Assembly: GCA_028826165.1 (NCBI GenBank)
Contig: JAPDFW010000084.1
Coordinates: 124,001-188,000, forward strand
Length of the DNA stretch: 64,000 nucleotides
Reading direction: 5' to 3'
Source of the DNA: Anaeramoeba ignava BMAN
Taxonomy: Eukaryota; Protista; Anaeramoebae
This document shows positions 11,501 through 25,081 of this stretch, piece by piece; position 1 is the first letter of the stretch, and each line of letters opens with the position of its first letter. Under the pieces are notes generated by a model. That model saw nothing but the letters and a program-made list of their open reading frames with translations. It ran no database searches and was not told the DNA's origin. A program made the translations under genes and the position numbers.

Positions 11501-13975
11501 TTAAACATAATTGTGATTAAATTCGAAGAATATGCAACATGTATTGCAGTAATATAATCTTTTTCAATTATTTCCTCCTTAATAAGTTTTTGTCTACCTG
11601 ATATTATATCTATCATTATGATTTGATTGAAATAAGAATTTGGGGAAATTCTAAAATTTAAAATTTAAAATTAAAATTAAAATTAAAATTAAAATTAAAA
11701 TTAAAATTAAAAAAAAGAATTTTTTTCTTTAATCAAAAATACTCGGAATAAGTAAAAGCAACCACAATATTTGAGTTGATCCAATTAAGACCAATTATTG
11801 GATTCTGAAACACATAGTAACTTGATTGAACAGCTCCTTTTTTATAATCCAATATCTTTGATATTTATATTTAAAAAAAAAACAAATAAATAAATAAATT
11901 TAGATTTTAAATAATAAGAAATATATTAAATACTTGAAGAATTCCATCAATAGTTCCAACTGCAATTAAATTAGATTCTTTTGAAAAAGTACAAGATGAT
12001 AACGATGTGACTTGTGAACTAATTGTTTCAGTATGTCCAATAAGTTTAATAGTATTTAAAGTTTTTCTTTGTGTAATTAAAATAGGATCAATTTTTGAAT
12101 CAGCTTTCCATTTCCATCTAAAATATTTTTTGAAAAATAAAAATTAATATAAAAATATTTGAAAGAATATTTGAAAGAATATTTTTTTTACATTCTTCCA
12201 TCAATTGTAATCACAATAAAAGCATCATTTGAATAAGGGGATTTGCAAAATCCAATATTAGATGAATTTCTATTACGCAATCCTTTTGACAATCTTGTTT
12301 GATTAGCCATATTAATTTTTTTGAAATGAACAGAATCTGAATCAAAATGATGTTCCCATTGACTAATACTTCCATCTTCATGAAGACAATAAAAAATATT
12401 TGGGTGCAAATTGGAAAACTTCATTTTGCACAATGGTTGATCTGAATCTGTTATTCTTGCTGATCCAATAACAAGATCAAATGTGCAATCAACTACCATA
12501 ATTTCTCTTTCAAAAATAAAATATAGAATATCTTTTTTCTCATTTGAATAAATAAGTTGTTTAACATTTCTTGATTCTTCTTTTCCTTTTTTTTGATCTG
12601 TTTCTTTTTTAGGGGTTGTAGTTATAAGCTGATATTTTTTTGCGATTTTAATTGGTTTTTTATTTGAGTTAAAATCTAAAATTTAAAAAAAATCAATTTA
12701 AAAAAAATCAATTTAAAAAAATCATTTTAAAAAAATCATTTATTACCTTTTAATAAATAAAGCCAATCTGTTGATGAACATAATGCAAATTTTTTATCAT
12801 TGAAAGGATTAATTGCAATAGATGTTAATGTGAATGGAAGATCCAATTCCCATTTTATACTTCCTGCTTGTGGATCACTTGTTTTAGATATTTTATTTGG
12901 TAAATTCCATAAAACAATTTTAGAAGGTGAATGAAATGATAAAATGGATTGATTATGATTATCTAAGATCCAATTAATTTGAATAACTGATTTGTTTCTT
13001 AAGGTTTCATTTGATAAAATGAATAACGCCTTTTTAATTTTAATTTTAATTTTAATTTATAATTTTAATTTTAATTTTAATTTTAATTTTGATTTTAATT
13101 TTATATTTAATTTTGATTTTAATTTTATATTTAATTTTAATTTTAATTTTAATTTTAATTTTAATTTTAATTTTAATTTTAATTTTAATTTTAATTTTGA
13201 TTTTAATTTTATATTTTAATTTTAATTTTGATTTTAATTTTATATTTTAATTTTAATTTTGAATTTTAATTTTAATTTTAATTTTAATTTTAATTTTAAT
13301 TTTAATTTTAATTTTAATTTTAATTTTAATTTTAACTTTAATATTAATATTTAATTTTAATTTTAATTTTATAAATTAATTTTAATTTTAATTTTAATTT
13401 AAATTTTTAATTTTAATTTTAATTTTAATTTAATTTTAATTTTAATTTTAATTTTATAAATGAATTTTAATTCTAATTTTAACTTTTGCTCTTTTTGGTT
13501 CCCAAATTATAATATTTCCAGCAGAATCACCAGAAGCTAATTTTAAATAAAAAGTTTTATCATTTTCTTTTGGAAAACATTCTTGTGACCTTGAAAACAA
13601 CAAAAACATCAATTAAGAAAATAATTCAATAAAAAAAAATAATTTTTCATTAAGTTGAATAAAGAAAACAAACCAACAAACTGCTGTCACAAAAGCTTTA
13701 TGACCATCAAGTGCTTGAAGAACAGATAAACTTTCAGGATCAAGAACTACAACAATATTTTGACATCCATAACTTAAAAGAGCATTTTTTCCCCAATCAA
13801 TAGCATCTAAAATATAATATAATATAATATAAAAATAAAAATAAATTGTTTTTTGTTTTTTTTAACGGAATTTATTAAATTTTTATTTAGAAATTTAATA
13901 AATTAATTTAATTGATTTACGAGTATTTTGATTATCAAGAATTCCTGGAATAATTTTATGAAAATCCTTATTCAT
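8556..13975 (-). CDS. WDR11: WD repeat-containing protein 11 homologue (multi-exon)
   Basis: Spliced N-terminus MNKDFHKIIPGILDNQNTHAIDWGKNALLSYGCQNIVVVLD...LQALDGHKAFVTAVCWS...LKLASGDSAGNIIIWE matches the WDR11 start. The C-terminal helical region (AIDLLFET, EAIQIYMM, ACQALQKVGMWGKA) matches the WDR11 tail. There is a probable homopolymer frameshift at about 9730-9750; internal exon limits are approximate. Confidence 0.85.
9700..10080 (-). repeat. Coding 33-bp minisatellite (KKEDDLNNQID)n within WDR11
   Basis: About 11 copies visible in the ORF 9733..10491 translation and in the DNA. Confidence 0.9.
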
Positions 13976-14091
13976 TAAAAAATAAAGAAAAAAATGAAAA
14001 AATGAAAAAATTAAAATTAAAATTAAAATTTTTTTTCATTTTTTTCATTTTTTTTCCATTTTTTTTCCGTTTTTTTTAGAATTAATATAAA
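13976..14091. promoter_or_regulatory. Short bidirectional promoter with mirrored TCATTT initiator-like motifs
   Basis: 116 bp between divergent ATGs, with AAAATGAAAAAATGAAAA on the left and TTTTCATTTTTTTCATTTT on the right. Confidence 0.65.
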
Positions 14092-17000
14092 ATGAACTAT
14101 AATCCAACTTTAACTCCAGCTAATATGGTAACTCAAATTCTATTTCTCGGGAGAGACTTTAGTCATAAACCAAAGCAAGCTAAATTCAATAAAAATAAGA
14201 TTCAAAGATTTTCAGAAAGAGCTAAAACAATAATTAATCATATAAGGAAAATGAGTAAAAACCATTTTGCAAAATAAAATAGAAAATCAAAAAAAAAATT
14301 TAAACCGAAAATTTCAATCAAAATTTAAATATAAAAGATCTTCAATCAGACTCAAATAAAGCAGAGAATCTTAAAGAAGAAATTACACACACATTTAATT
14401 TCTTTAAAAATTCAAGTAATTTCCTTTTAAAACATACAGATACAAATTGGATTCATCAATTTACAAAACATGGAACTGCAAAAGATCATTTTAAGAAATT
14501 ATTTGAAGATATGAAAGTATGTGGACTTTCATTATCACAAGAAATTTCGGAAATGTGGGGTTCTACAAAAGAAGATGAAATAGATGAGGGTTTGTTTATT
14601 TATTATTTATTATTTAATATTTATTATTTAATATTTAATATTTATTATTTAATATTTAATATTTATTATTTATTATTTATTATTTAATATTTAATATTTA
14701 ATATTTATTTAATATTTAATATTTATTATTTAATATTTATTATTTAATATTTATTATTTAATATTTAATATTAAAGAAAAAGATAGTGATGAATTCTTTC
14801 AAATTCTCGAAGATCTTCTTGAAGATAAAGTTCATCTTGATAAAATTATTGAACAGCAAACAAAAATCAAATCAATTAATAAAAATCAAATTTATGAAGC
14901 TCTTGAACATCAAAAATTTTTATTTAGTTTACATAAAGAATATGAACCAGAAAATTGGGAAAGAAATATTCATATTTCGGAAATTCCTCCTTCTCATTTG
15001 AAATTTGGTAATCGTATTGGAATTGGAGGATATGGAGAAGTAAAAAGTTCTTTTAATATTTTATTATTAAATTAATCAACATAAATTGGATTGAAAAAAA
15101 ATAATTTTTTTGATTGATTATTTAAAAAGGTTTTTCTTGGAGAAAGAAATGGAGAAACGGTTGCAATAAAACAATTAATTGATTTACAAACAAATTCTGA
15201 TGTAGTTCAACAATTTAAAAAAGAAGTTTATATTCTTGCGTAAAACTAAAAAAGAAATTTATTATAAATTTTTATATTTATATTTATATTATTATCACAA
15301 TCTTCATAAAAATTTAAATATTCTTAGAGGTTGTCAACATAGAAATATTATTCAACTTCTTGGAGGTCGGATTTCTGGTGTAAAATTTAAGAAAATTATT
15401 CAAGAAAAAAATTATTCAAGAAAAAAATTATTTAAAAAAATTATTTAAAAAATTTTCAACAATTTTAAAAGCCTCCATATTATTATGTAATGGAATATCA
15501 TAAACTTGGAGATTTATCCAATTTTATTCACTCCATCCAAAAACCTCTTTATATTTTGCTTGATATTGCACGACAAGTTTGTGTTGGAATGCAATTTCTT
15601 CATGATAAAAAAGTTATGCATCGGTAAATCAATTTGTTTAGTTCATTTTATTTTCTATTTTTATGGAAATAATTTTTCCAAAAACTAAAATCAAAAAAAA
15701 CCAAATATTTTTTTTAGGGATTTAAAACCACAAAATATTTTAATTAGTGAACAAGATGGAGAATTTGTTGCAAAAATTATTGATTTTGGAGATTGCTCTG
15801 TTGACAAAACATTACAAAATACATTAAAAGGAACACCAGGAAGGATTGCACCAGAAGTAGTAAGTAATCCATTTAAGAATCATTTAAGAATTATTTAAGA
15901 ATCATTTACAAACCATTTACAAATCATTTACAAATCATTTACAAATCATTTACAAATAATTAACAAATCATTTAAAAATCATTTACAAACCATTTACAAA
16001 TAATTTACAAATAATTTACAAATCATTTACAAATAATTTACAAATCATTTACAAATAATTTACAAATCATTTACAAATAATTTACAAATCATTTACAAAT
16101 AATAATTTACAAATAATTTACAAATAATTTACAAATAATCATTTACAAATAATTTACAAATAATTTACAAATAATCATTTACAAATAATTTACAAATAAT
16201 CATTTACAAATAATTTACAAATCATTTACAAATCATTTAAAAATTATTTAAAAATCATTTACAAACCATTTACAAATAATTTACAAATCATTTACAAATC
16301 ATTTAAAAATCATTTACAAATCATTTACAAACCATTTACAAATAATTTACAAATAATTTACAAATCATTTACAAATCATTTACAAATAATATACAAATCA
16401 TTTACAAACCATTTACAAATAATTTATAAATAATATTCAAATAATTTACAAATCATTTACAAATAATTTACAAATAATTTACAAATAATTTACAAATAAT
16501 TTACAAATAATTTACAAATAATTTACAAATAATTTACAAATAATTTACAAATAATTTACAAATAATTTACAAATCATTTACAAATAATTTACAAATCATT
16601 TACAAATAATTTACAAATAATTTACAAATAATTTACAAATAATTTATAAATAATTTACAAATAATATACAAATCATTTACAAATAATTTACAAATAATTT
16701 ACAAATCATTTACAAATAATTTACAAATAATTTACAAATAATTTACAAATAATTTACAAACCATTTACAAATAATTTACAAATAATTTACAAATAATTTA
16801 CAAATAATTTACAAATAATTTACAAATAATTTACAAATAATTTACAAATAATTTACAAATAATTTACAAATAATTTACAAATAATTTACAAATAATTTAC
16901 AAATAATTTACAAATAATTTACAAATAATTTACAAATAATTTACAAATCATTTACAAATAATTTAAAAATCATTTACAAATCATTTACAAATCATTTAAA

Positions 17001-20000
17001 AATAATCATTTACAAATAATTTACAAATAATTTACAAATAATTTACAAATAATTTACAAACCATTTACAAATAATTTACAAATAATATTCAAATAATATT
17101 CAAATCATTTACAAACCATTTACAAATCATTTACAAATAATCATTTACAAATAATTTACAAATCATTTACAAATAATTTACAAATCATTTACAAATCATT
17201 TACAAATAATATTCAAATAATATTCAAATCATTTACAAACCATTTACAAATAATTTACAAATAATTTACAAATAATTTACAAACCATTTACAAATAATTT
17301 ACAAATAATTTACAAATCATTTAAAAATAATTTACAAATCATTTACAAATAATTTACAAATCATTTACAAATCATTTACAAATAATTTACAAATAATTTA
17401 CAAATAATTTACAAACCATTTACAAATAATATTCAAATAATTTACAAATAATTTACAAATAATTTACAAATAATTTACAAATCATTTACAAATCATTTAC
17501 AAATCATTTACAAATAATATTCAAATAATATTCAAATATAAAGATAAATAATTTACAAATAATTTACAAATAATTTACAAATCATTTACAAATCATTTAC
17601 AAATCATTTACAAATCATTTACAAATAATTTACAAATAATTTACAAATAATTTACAAACCATTTACAAATAATATTCAAATAATTTACAAACCATTTACA
17701 AATAATTTACAAATAATTTACAAATAATTTACAAATCATTTACAAATAATTTACAAATAATTTACAAATCATTTACAAATAATTTACAAACCATTTACAA
17801 ACCATTTACAAACCATTTACAAACCATTTACAAATAATTTACAAATAATTTACAAATAATTTACAAATCATTTACAAATCATTTACAAATCATTTACAAA
17901 TAATTTACAAATCATTTACAAATAATATTCAAATATAAAGATAAATAGTGAAGCAGGTTACACATTCTCAGCAGATATTTTCAGTTTTGGAATGATCTTA
18001 TGGGAAATATATCATAGACAACAACCATTTTCTGGATTAACTTTCAACCAAATCAATGCATTACTTATTTCACAGAAAAACATAGAAGAAAAAAGACCTA
18101 AAATCAAAGAAGATTGCCCATCAAACTTGAAGAAATTAATAGAAGAATGCTGGGCAGAAATACCAACAGAACGACCATCATTCAAGAAAATCGAGCATGA
18201 ATTATCAGAAATATTAGTAGAAATGGAAAAAATGAACGACAATCAAAATATTGAGAATGATGAAAAACCAATAGTTAAAAATATCCAAAAAAGAATAGTT
18301 TCTGTGAAAAATGTCAAGAGTCTTATTAGTGCATGCAGAACAGCAAGTCCAGGAGAAGTTATTGAATTATCATCTGGAACTTATCATGTGAAAAAACCAC
18401 TTGTTTTGAATTCATCAGAAATTATTATTCGTCCCAAACGATTGATGAGAAATCAAGAGGTTAATATACAAATTGACAATTCACTCAAGCCTTTGATAAT
18501 TATTAAAGGACAGAAAAACATTATTCAAGGCATTCATTTGTGTTGCTATTTTGAATCCAAAAATAGTAATGAAATATTCAAGGAAAATATTGGCATTGTT
18601 GAAATTTGTGAAGGAAATGAGCATGTGATTCAAGAGTGCACAATTGAAAGCAAGGATTCGCGAATGTGTTGTGTTTTTGTTCACGGATCTGCAACAAATA
18701 CAACAATTAAAGAAAATAATATTTTTGGTGGAAAAAATGGAATTTTATTGTTTGATAAAGGATATTCAATCATTGAAAAAAATGAGATTTTTTCATCGTT
18801 TGAAAATGGAATAAGATGTGATTATGAATCTTCTGTTGATATTTTTGAGAACCGTATTCATAACAATTTAAAAAATGCGGTTATGATTAAGAATTCACGA
18901 GTTCAGTTGAAATTGAATCGGATATCATCTGCTCAATTTGGGGTTTTTGTGAAAAAGGCGCAATATGTTTTGATTGAACAAAACACGATATTTATGAATA
19001 GTTCTATTGGTGTTTATATAGAAAATGAATCTAAATGTGATATTTTATCAAATGAAGTGTTTCAAAATCGAATTGGAATTGATATTGATGAGACATCCAA
19101 AGTGAAAATTGAGGTAAATTTGAAAATCAAAATCAAAATCAATATTAAAATTAAAATTAAAATTATAATTAAAATTAAAATTTAAATTAAAATTAATATT
19201 AAAATTAAAATTAAAATTAAAATTAAAATCAAAATTTAAAATCAAAATCAAAATCAAAATTAAAATTAAAATTAAAAATCAAAATCAAAATTAAAATTAA
19301 AATTAAAATTAAAATTAAAATTAAAATCAAAATTAAAATTAAAATTAAAATTAAAATTAAAATTAAAATTAAAATTAAAATTAAAATTAAAATTAAAATC
19401 AAAATTAAAATTAAAATTAAAATTAAAATTAAAATTAAAATTAAAATTAAAATTAAAATTAAAATTAAAATTAAAATCAAAATTAAAATTAAAATTAAAA
19501 ATCAAAATCAAAATTAAAATTAAAATCAAAATTAAAATTAAAATTAAAATTAAAAATCAAAATTAAAATTAAAATTAAAATCAAAATTAAAATTAAAAAT
19601 TAAAATTAAAATTAAAATTAAAATTAAAATTAAAATTAAAAATCAAAAATTAAAATTAAAATTAAAATTAAAATTAAAATCAAAATTAAAATCAAAATTA
19701 AAATCAAAATTAAAATCAAAATTAAAATTAAAAAATTAAAATTAAAATTAAAATTAAAATTAAAATTAAAATTAAAATCAAAATTAATATTAAAATCAAA
19801 ATTAAAATTAAAATTAAAATTAAAATTAAAATTAAAATTAAAATCAAAATCAAAATTAAAATCAAAATTAAAAATTAAAATTAAAATTAAAATTAAAATA
19901 AAAATTAAAATTAAAATTAAAATTAAAATCAAAATTAAAATTAAAATTAAAATCAAAATTGAAATTAAAATCAAAATCAAAATTAAAATTCAAAATCAAA

Positions 20001-21459
20001 ATTAAAATCAAAATTAAATTTGAAATAGAAAAATACACTGTCGAAAAATGAAGACAAACAAATCAATATTCCATTAAGTAATCAAACAATAATACAAAAA
20101 GAAAACGAAATTGAGGAAATTGAAGATGATACAGAAATAGATTCAGGAGAAGATGATGTGCAAATGATTATACACGAACAACAAAAAAGAATAGTTGACA
20201 TTTCAGGAAAAACAGGAGGATTTAAAAGCATCAACGAAGCAATATCAATTTCATCACCAGGAGATACAATCAAGATTCTTGCAGGAATATACCAAGAAAA
20301 AATCATACTCGATAAAGAAAATCTGACAATAAAAGGAGCAAAAAATCAAAACGTTTCTTTAAAATTTAAAAAATCAAGTCCGCTTTTAATACAAGCGCAA
20401 ACAGGAACAATTTCAAATATAAACTTCATTTATGAAGGAGAAAGACAATATGCTGTTGAGATACCCAAAGGATCTGTTTGTTTGACGGATTGCACAATTC
20501 GTGGTCAAGGAGTTGCTTGTGTTGGGATACATGATTCAGCAAATCCGCAACTGAAAAGATGCAAGATTTCGCATGGAAAAGTTGGTGTTGTCTTCTATAA
20601 CTCGGCACAGGGCAAGCTTATTGAATGTGATATCTCTGAAAATGCAATTCAGGGAGTTGTCATCACAACAAATGCAACACCCGTCTTGTCTCATTGCAAT
20701 GTTTTCAAGAATAATCAAGGAGGAATTGCGATCTATGATTCGGGAAAAGGCGAAATTGAGCACTCCGATATCTCATTTAACAAGCTTTCGGGAGTGCAGA
20801 TTCGCAGTATTGCAATGCCTGTTTTTCATGATAACAATATACACCATAATCAACAGGCAGGAATATTTATTTTCGAAAGTGGAGGTGGTGAAGTTCTGAA
20901 AAACAAAATTTTCGAAAATGGAAAATCAGGAGTTGCAATTAAATCAAAATCAGACCCTAAAATTTTCGAAAATGAAATATATTCCAATAAGGAGTCTGGT
21001 GTGTTTGTTTACAACACGGGATTTGGGAGCATTGAAAATAACAAAATTTATTCTAATTCCTTAAGCGGTTTGCAAATCAAAGTTGAAAGTAATCCTCGAG
21101 TTAAGGGCAATTCCATTTATAATAACGAAGGTTCTGGAGTCTTTGTTTATCATCATGGTCTAGGCGTTATTGAGTTCAATGAGATACACTCGAATAATGT
21201 GCATGGGATCGATATTGGATCTGAATCGAATCCGGAGGTTCATTCGAATAGAATTTATAACAATGAATTGGGTGGTTTGTTTGTACTTACAAATGGTGCT
21301 GGTGTTTTTACTCAGAATCTTTTCTATTCAAATCAAGATCCTCAAATTTTTATTCAATCAAGATCTTCTCCTACTATTGATGATTCAAATATTATTCCTG
21401 AAAATGGAATTATTGATGAAAATAAACCAATGTCTGATCAAAGTTCGAAAAAGAAATGA
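14092..21459 (+). CDS. MLKL-like N-terminal helical domain, TKL-type protein kinase and two PbH1/CASH right-handed beta-helix regions (9 exons)
   Basis: Exons 14092-14254, 14338-14589, 14777-15039, 15130-15239, 15328-15379, 15472-15623, 15718-15859, 17941-19113 and 20029-21459 splice in frame at GT-AG. Kinase motifs: IGIGGYGEV, VAIK, FKKEV, HRDLKPQN, DFG, GTPGRIAPE, DIFSFGMILWE, CWAEIPTERPSF. C-terminal N.I..N...G repeats with FKSINEAI...PGDTIKILAGIYQE resemble FBXO11-type beta-helices. Kinase and beta-helix calls are firm; the MLKL-like call is less so. Confidence 0.88.
15860..17940 (+). repeat. 2.1-kb intron filled with an 11-bp repeat (TTTACAAATAA/TTTACAAATCA)
   Basis: GTAAGT donor at 15860 and AAG acceptor at 17940; interrupts the kinase between subdomains VIII and IX. 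Confidence 0.93.
19114..20028 (+). repeat. Intron filled with (AAAATT/AAAATC)n
   Basis: GTAAAT donor at 19114 and TAG acceptor at 20028; the flanking exons are in frame. Confidence 0.92.
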
Positions 21460-21479
21460 ATTTAAAAAATTAATATACA

Positions 21480-22465
21480 ATTTATAAAAAATTGATTTAA
21501 AATTGATTAAAAATTAATATACAATTTAATATACAAATTAATATACAATTTAATATACAATTTAATATACAAATTGATTAAAATTTGATTAAAAATTGAT
21601 TTAAAATTGGATTAAAAATTGATTGAAAGATTGATTGAAAATTGGATTAAAAGATTGATTTAAAATTTAAATTAAAAATGAATTGAAAATTGATTAAAAA
21701 TTGATTAAAAATTGATTGAAAAATTGATTAAAAATTGATTAAAAATTGATTAAAATTGGATTTAAAATTTGGATTAAAAGATTTGATTAAAAATTGATTG
21801 AAAATTTGATTTGAAAATTGATTGAAAATTGGATTAAAAATTGGATTGAAAATTGGATTTAAATTTGATTAAAAATTGGATTAAAAATTAATATACAATT
21901 TGATTGAAATTTGATTAAAAATTGATTAAAAATTGATTAAAAATTGATTAAAAATTGATTAAAAATTGATTAAAAATTGATTAAAAATTTATTAAAAATT
22001 GATTTAAAATTTAAATTAAAAATTGATTAAAAATTGATTTAAAATTGGATTGAAAAGAAATTGAAAAGAAATTGAAAAGAAATTGAAAAGAAAAACAAAG
22101 TATTTTTTTTTAAATCAACTTTTTTTTTTGGAAAATTTTTATCTTATGGAAAAAAAAAAGAAAAAAAAAAAGAAAAACAAATTTCCATCATTTTTGTTTG
22201 AAGAAAAAAAAATTTCATAAGAAAATTAAATTTTTCATTGTTCATTGTTCATTTCAATTGCTAATTTTTGATTTTTTGATTTTTTGATTTTTTGATTTTT
22301 TGATTTTTTGATTTTGATTTTTTGATTTTGATTTTGATTTTGATTTTGATTTTTTAATTTTGATTTTTTGATTTTAATTTTGATTTTAATTTTAATTTTG
22401 ATTTTTTGATTTTGATTTTGATTTTGATTTTTGATTTTTTAATTTTGATTTTTTGATTTTTTGGA
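21480..22465. repeat. Low-complexity repeats between convergent genes: (AAAAATTGATT)n, then (TTTTTGA)n
   Basis: Read directly from the sequence. Confidence 0.85.
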
Positions 22466-22580
22466 TTGAGTTAACGATGAACTACAAACAGAATGAACTT
22501 TTGAATTGGAAAAAAAGAAAAAAAGAAAAAAGAATAGAAAAGAAAAAGAAAAAAAAGAAAAAAGAAAAAAAGAAAGTAAA

Positions 22581-25081
22581 TCAATTAAATTGAGGACGAG
22601 GAGGTCTTGGAGGAGGCGGAGGTTTATTCATAGCATTTTGTCCTGTAGTAGGTCTTGGAGGTGGCGGAGGCTTATTAACTGGGGTTTGACCAGTAGGTCT
22701 TGGAGGTGGTGGAGGTTTATTAGGAGTTGGCCTTGGAGGGGTTTGGATATTAGTATGAGTTGGAGGCGGTGGGGGAGAGGAATGAGTTTCGAAATTCTTG
22801 GGAGAGGGTGTGCGATGGTTGGTGACTGGAGTAGGAGGCTTGTTCATGGTTGTTTGGACGGGAGATTTTGGGGTGTTGACAGTATGTACGGGAGAAGATT
22901 GAGTTATATTGGGCGAAGGTGTGTGAGTAGGTGTTGATGACATCGACTGATTCGGAAGATCGCCTCTTGTGCTGCCACTTGGATATTGTTTTTTGGTCAC
23001 TTTCATAGAGGGAACGGAAGGGAGATTTGTGTGGAAGTTCCAACGACCGTCAGAATCGCCATTTGTTGGAGTAGGTATTTTAGGGGGTGTTTGAATAGAT
23101 TGAGTTTGGGGGGATATAGGTTTGGGGGGAAGCGTTGGTTTTGCACCAGTAGGTTTTGGTGGTAATTGCGGTTTTGCTCCCATGGGTTTTGGAGGAAGTG
23201 TGGGCTTCGGTCCGATTTTGGGTGGCAGTTGAGGTTTGTTTTCTAAATCTGTGTTTATTGCGCCCATTGTGTTCATTGGTGGCCTCGGCGGTTGGGTTGG
23301 TTTGACTGCCATGGGCTTTGGTGGTAGCGACGGTTTTTGGGGAAGCGTTGGTGGCTCTCGTGGTTTCGGTGGGAGTGTCGGTCTTGTGCTGGTTTGTGGT
23401 TTGGGTGGTAATTGTGGTGAACGACGAATCGGAAGTGGTGGTCCTCCGCTGTTTCCGCTTTGCGATGGACTTTGGCGTCGTGGTGGCATGGGTGGCCCCC
23501 GGTTTACTGGTGGTGGTGACATCCGTGTGGGTCCTGTGTTCCGTGATGGTAATGTTGGTCCTTTTCTTGCTGTTGATCTTCCAATAGGTGATGTTTGTCG
23601 TCCTCGGCTTCGGCTGGGTAATGTTGGCATTCCTCCTCCGAACAATCCTTTATTATTAATATTATTAAATTTATTATTAAATTTATTATTAATTTAATTA
23701 TTATTATTTTATTATTATTAATTTAATTATTATTATTTTATTATTATTAATTTAATTATTAATTTATTATTATTAATTTAATTATTAAATTTATTATTAA
23801 ATTTATTATTTTTAAATTTATTATTAAATTTATTATTATTAAATTTATTATTAAATTTATTATTATTAATTTTATTATTATTATTAAATTTATTATTAAA
23901 TTTATTATTATTATTATTATTAAATTTATTATTATTAAATTTATTATTATTAAATTTATTATTATTAAATTATTATTATTAATTTTATTTATTATTAAAT
24001 TATTATTATTAATTTTATTTATTATTATATTATTATTAAATTTATTATTATTAAATTATTATTATTAATTTTATTTATTATTAAATTTATTATTATTAAT
24101 TTTATTTATTATTAAATTATTATTAAATTTATTATTATTAAATTTATTATTATTAAATTTATTATTATTAAATTTATTATTATTAAATTTATTATTAAAT
24201 TTATTATTATTAATTTTATTATTATTAAATTTATTATTATTAAATTTATTTATTATTAATTTTATTATTATTAAATTTATTATTAAATTTATTATTATTA
24301 AATTTATTATTATTATTTTATTATTAAATTTATTATTATTAAATTATTAAATTTATTATTATTATTATTAAATTTATTATTATTAAATTATTATTAAATT
24401 TATTATTATAAAATAAATTTATTATTAAATTTTATTAATATTATTATTATTAAATTATTATTAAATTTATTATTATTAAATTTATTATTATTAAAATTTA
24501 TTATTATTATTAATTTATTATTATTAAATTTATTATTATTATTATTATTAAATTTATTATTATTAATTTATTATTATTAAATTTAATTATTATTAAATTT
24601 ATTATTATTATTAAATTTTATTATTATTAAATTATTATTATTAAATTTATTATTAAATTTATTATTAAATTAATTATTAAATTTATTATTAATTTTATTA
24701 TTAAATTTATTATTAATTTTATTATTAAATTTATTATTAAATTTATTATTAAATTTATTATTATTAAATTATTATTATTATTATTATTAAATTTATTATT
24801 ATTCTTTTTTGCATTTTAATTTCTAATTTCAGTTCCTCTCTTCAATTAAATAAAAACAAAATAATTTCAAAATTTTCATTCTAAAAAAAAATTGAAAATA
24901 TTCAAACAAAAATAAAAATAAAAATAAAAATAAAAATAAAAATAAATATACCTCCACCGCCTCTACTAGGACTTTTTGAATCCTCTTTATCTAAAACAGG
25001 TGCACTTCTATCATTTGTAACAGCTTTTTTAAGTTTTTTAGAATTAAATCCACAAATTTGTTTTTGGAGTGCTGATTGCAT
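22581..25081 (-). CDS. Verprolin/WIP-family actin regulator (WH2 plus proline-rich)
   Basis: Exon 1 (24952-25081) MQSALQKQICGFNSKKLKKAVTNDRSAP carries the verprolin WH2 signature LKK..TNDRSAP. Intron 23648-24951. Exon 2 is polyproline-rich with a DGRWNFHTNLP motif resembling the WASP-binding segment. Confidence 0.85.
23648..24800. repeat. Intronic (TTA)n/ATTATTAAATTT low-complexity array
   Basis: Almost purely A/T repeat inside the WIP intron. Confidence 0.9.

Noticed and set aside
15860-17940. 11-bp array as telomeric repeat or scaffold junction
   Set aside because: It lies inside a GT-AG intron whose flanking exons join kinase subdomains VIII and IX in frame.
19048-19980. ILILIL/FNFNFN ORFs here and at 12992, 33739, 37065, 48201-48740, 54499 and 63195
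   Set aside because: Stop-free frames of intronic microsatellites.
22506-23697. Plus-strand Gly/Arg/Trp-rich ORFs
   Set aside because: Antisense shadows of the proline-rich WIP exon.
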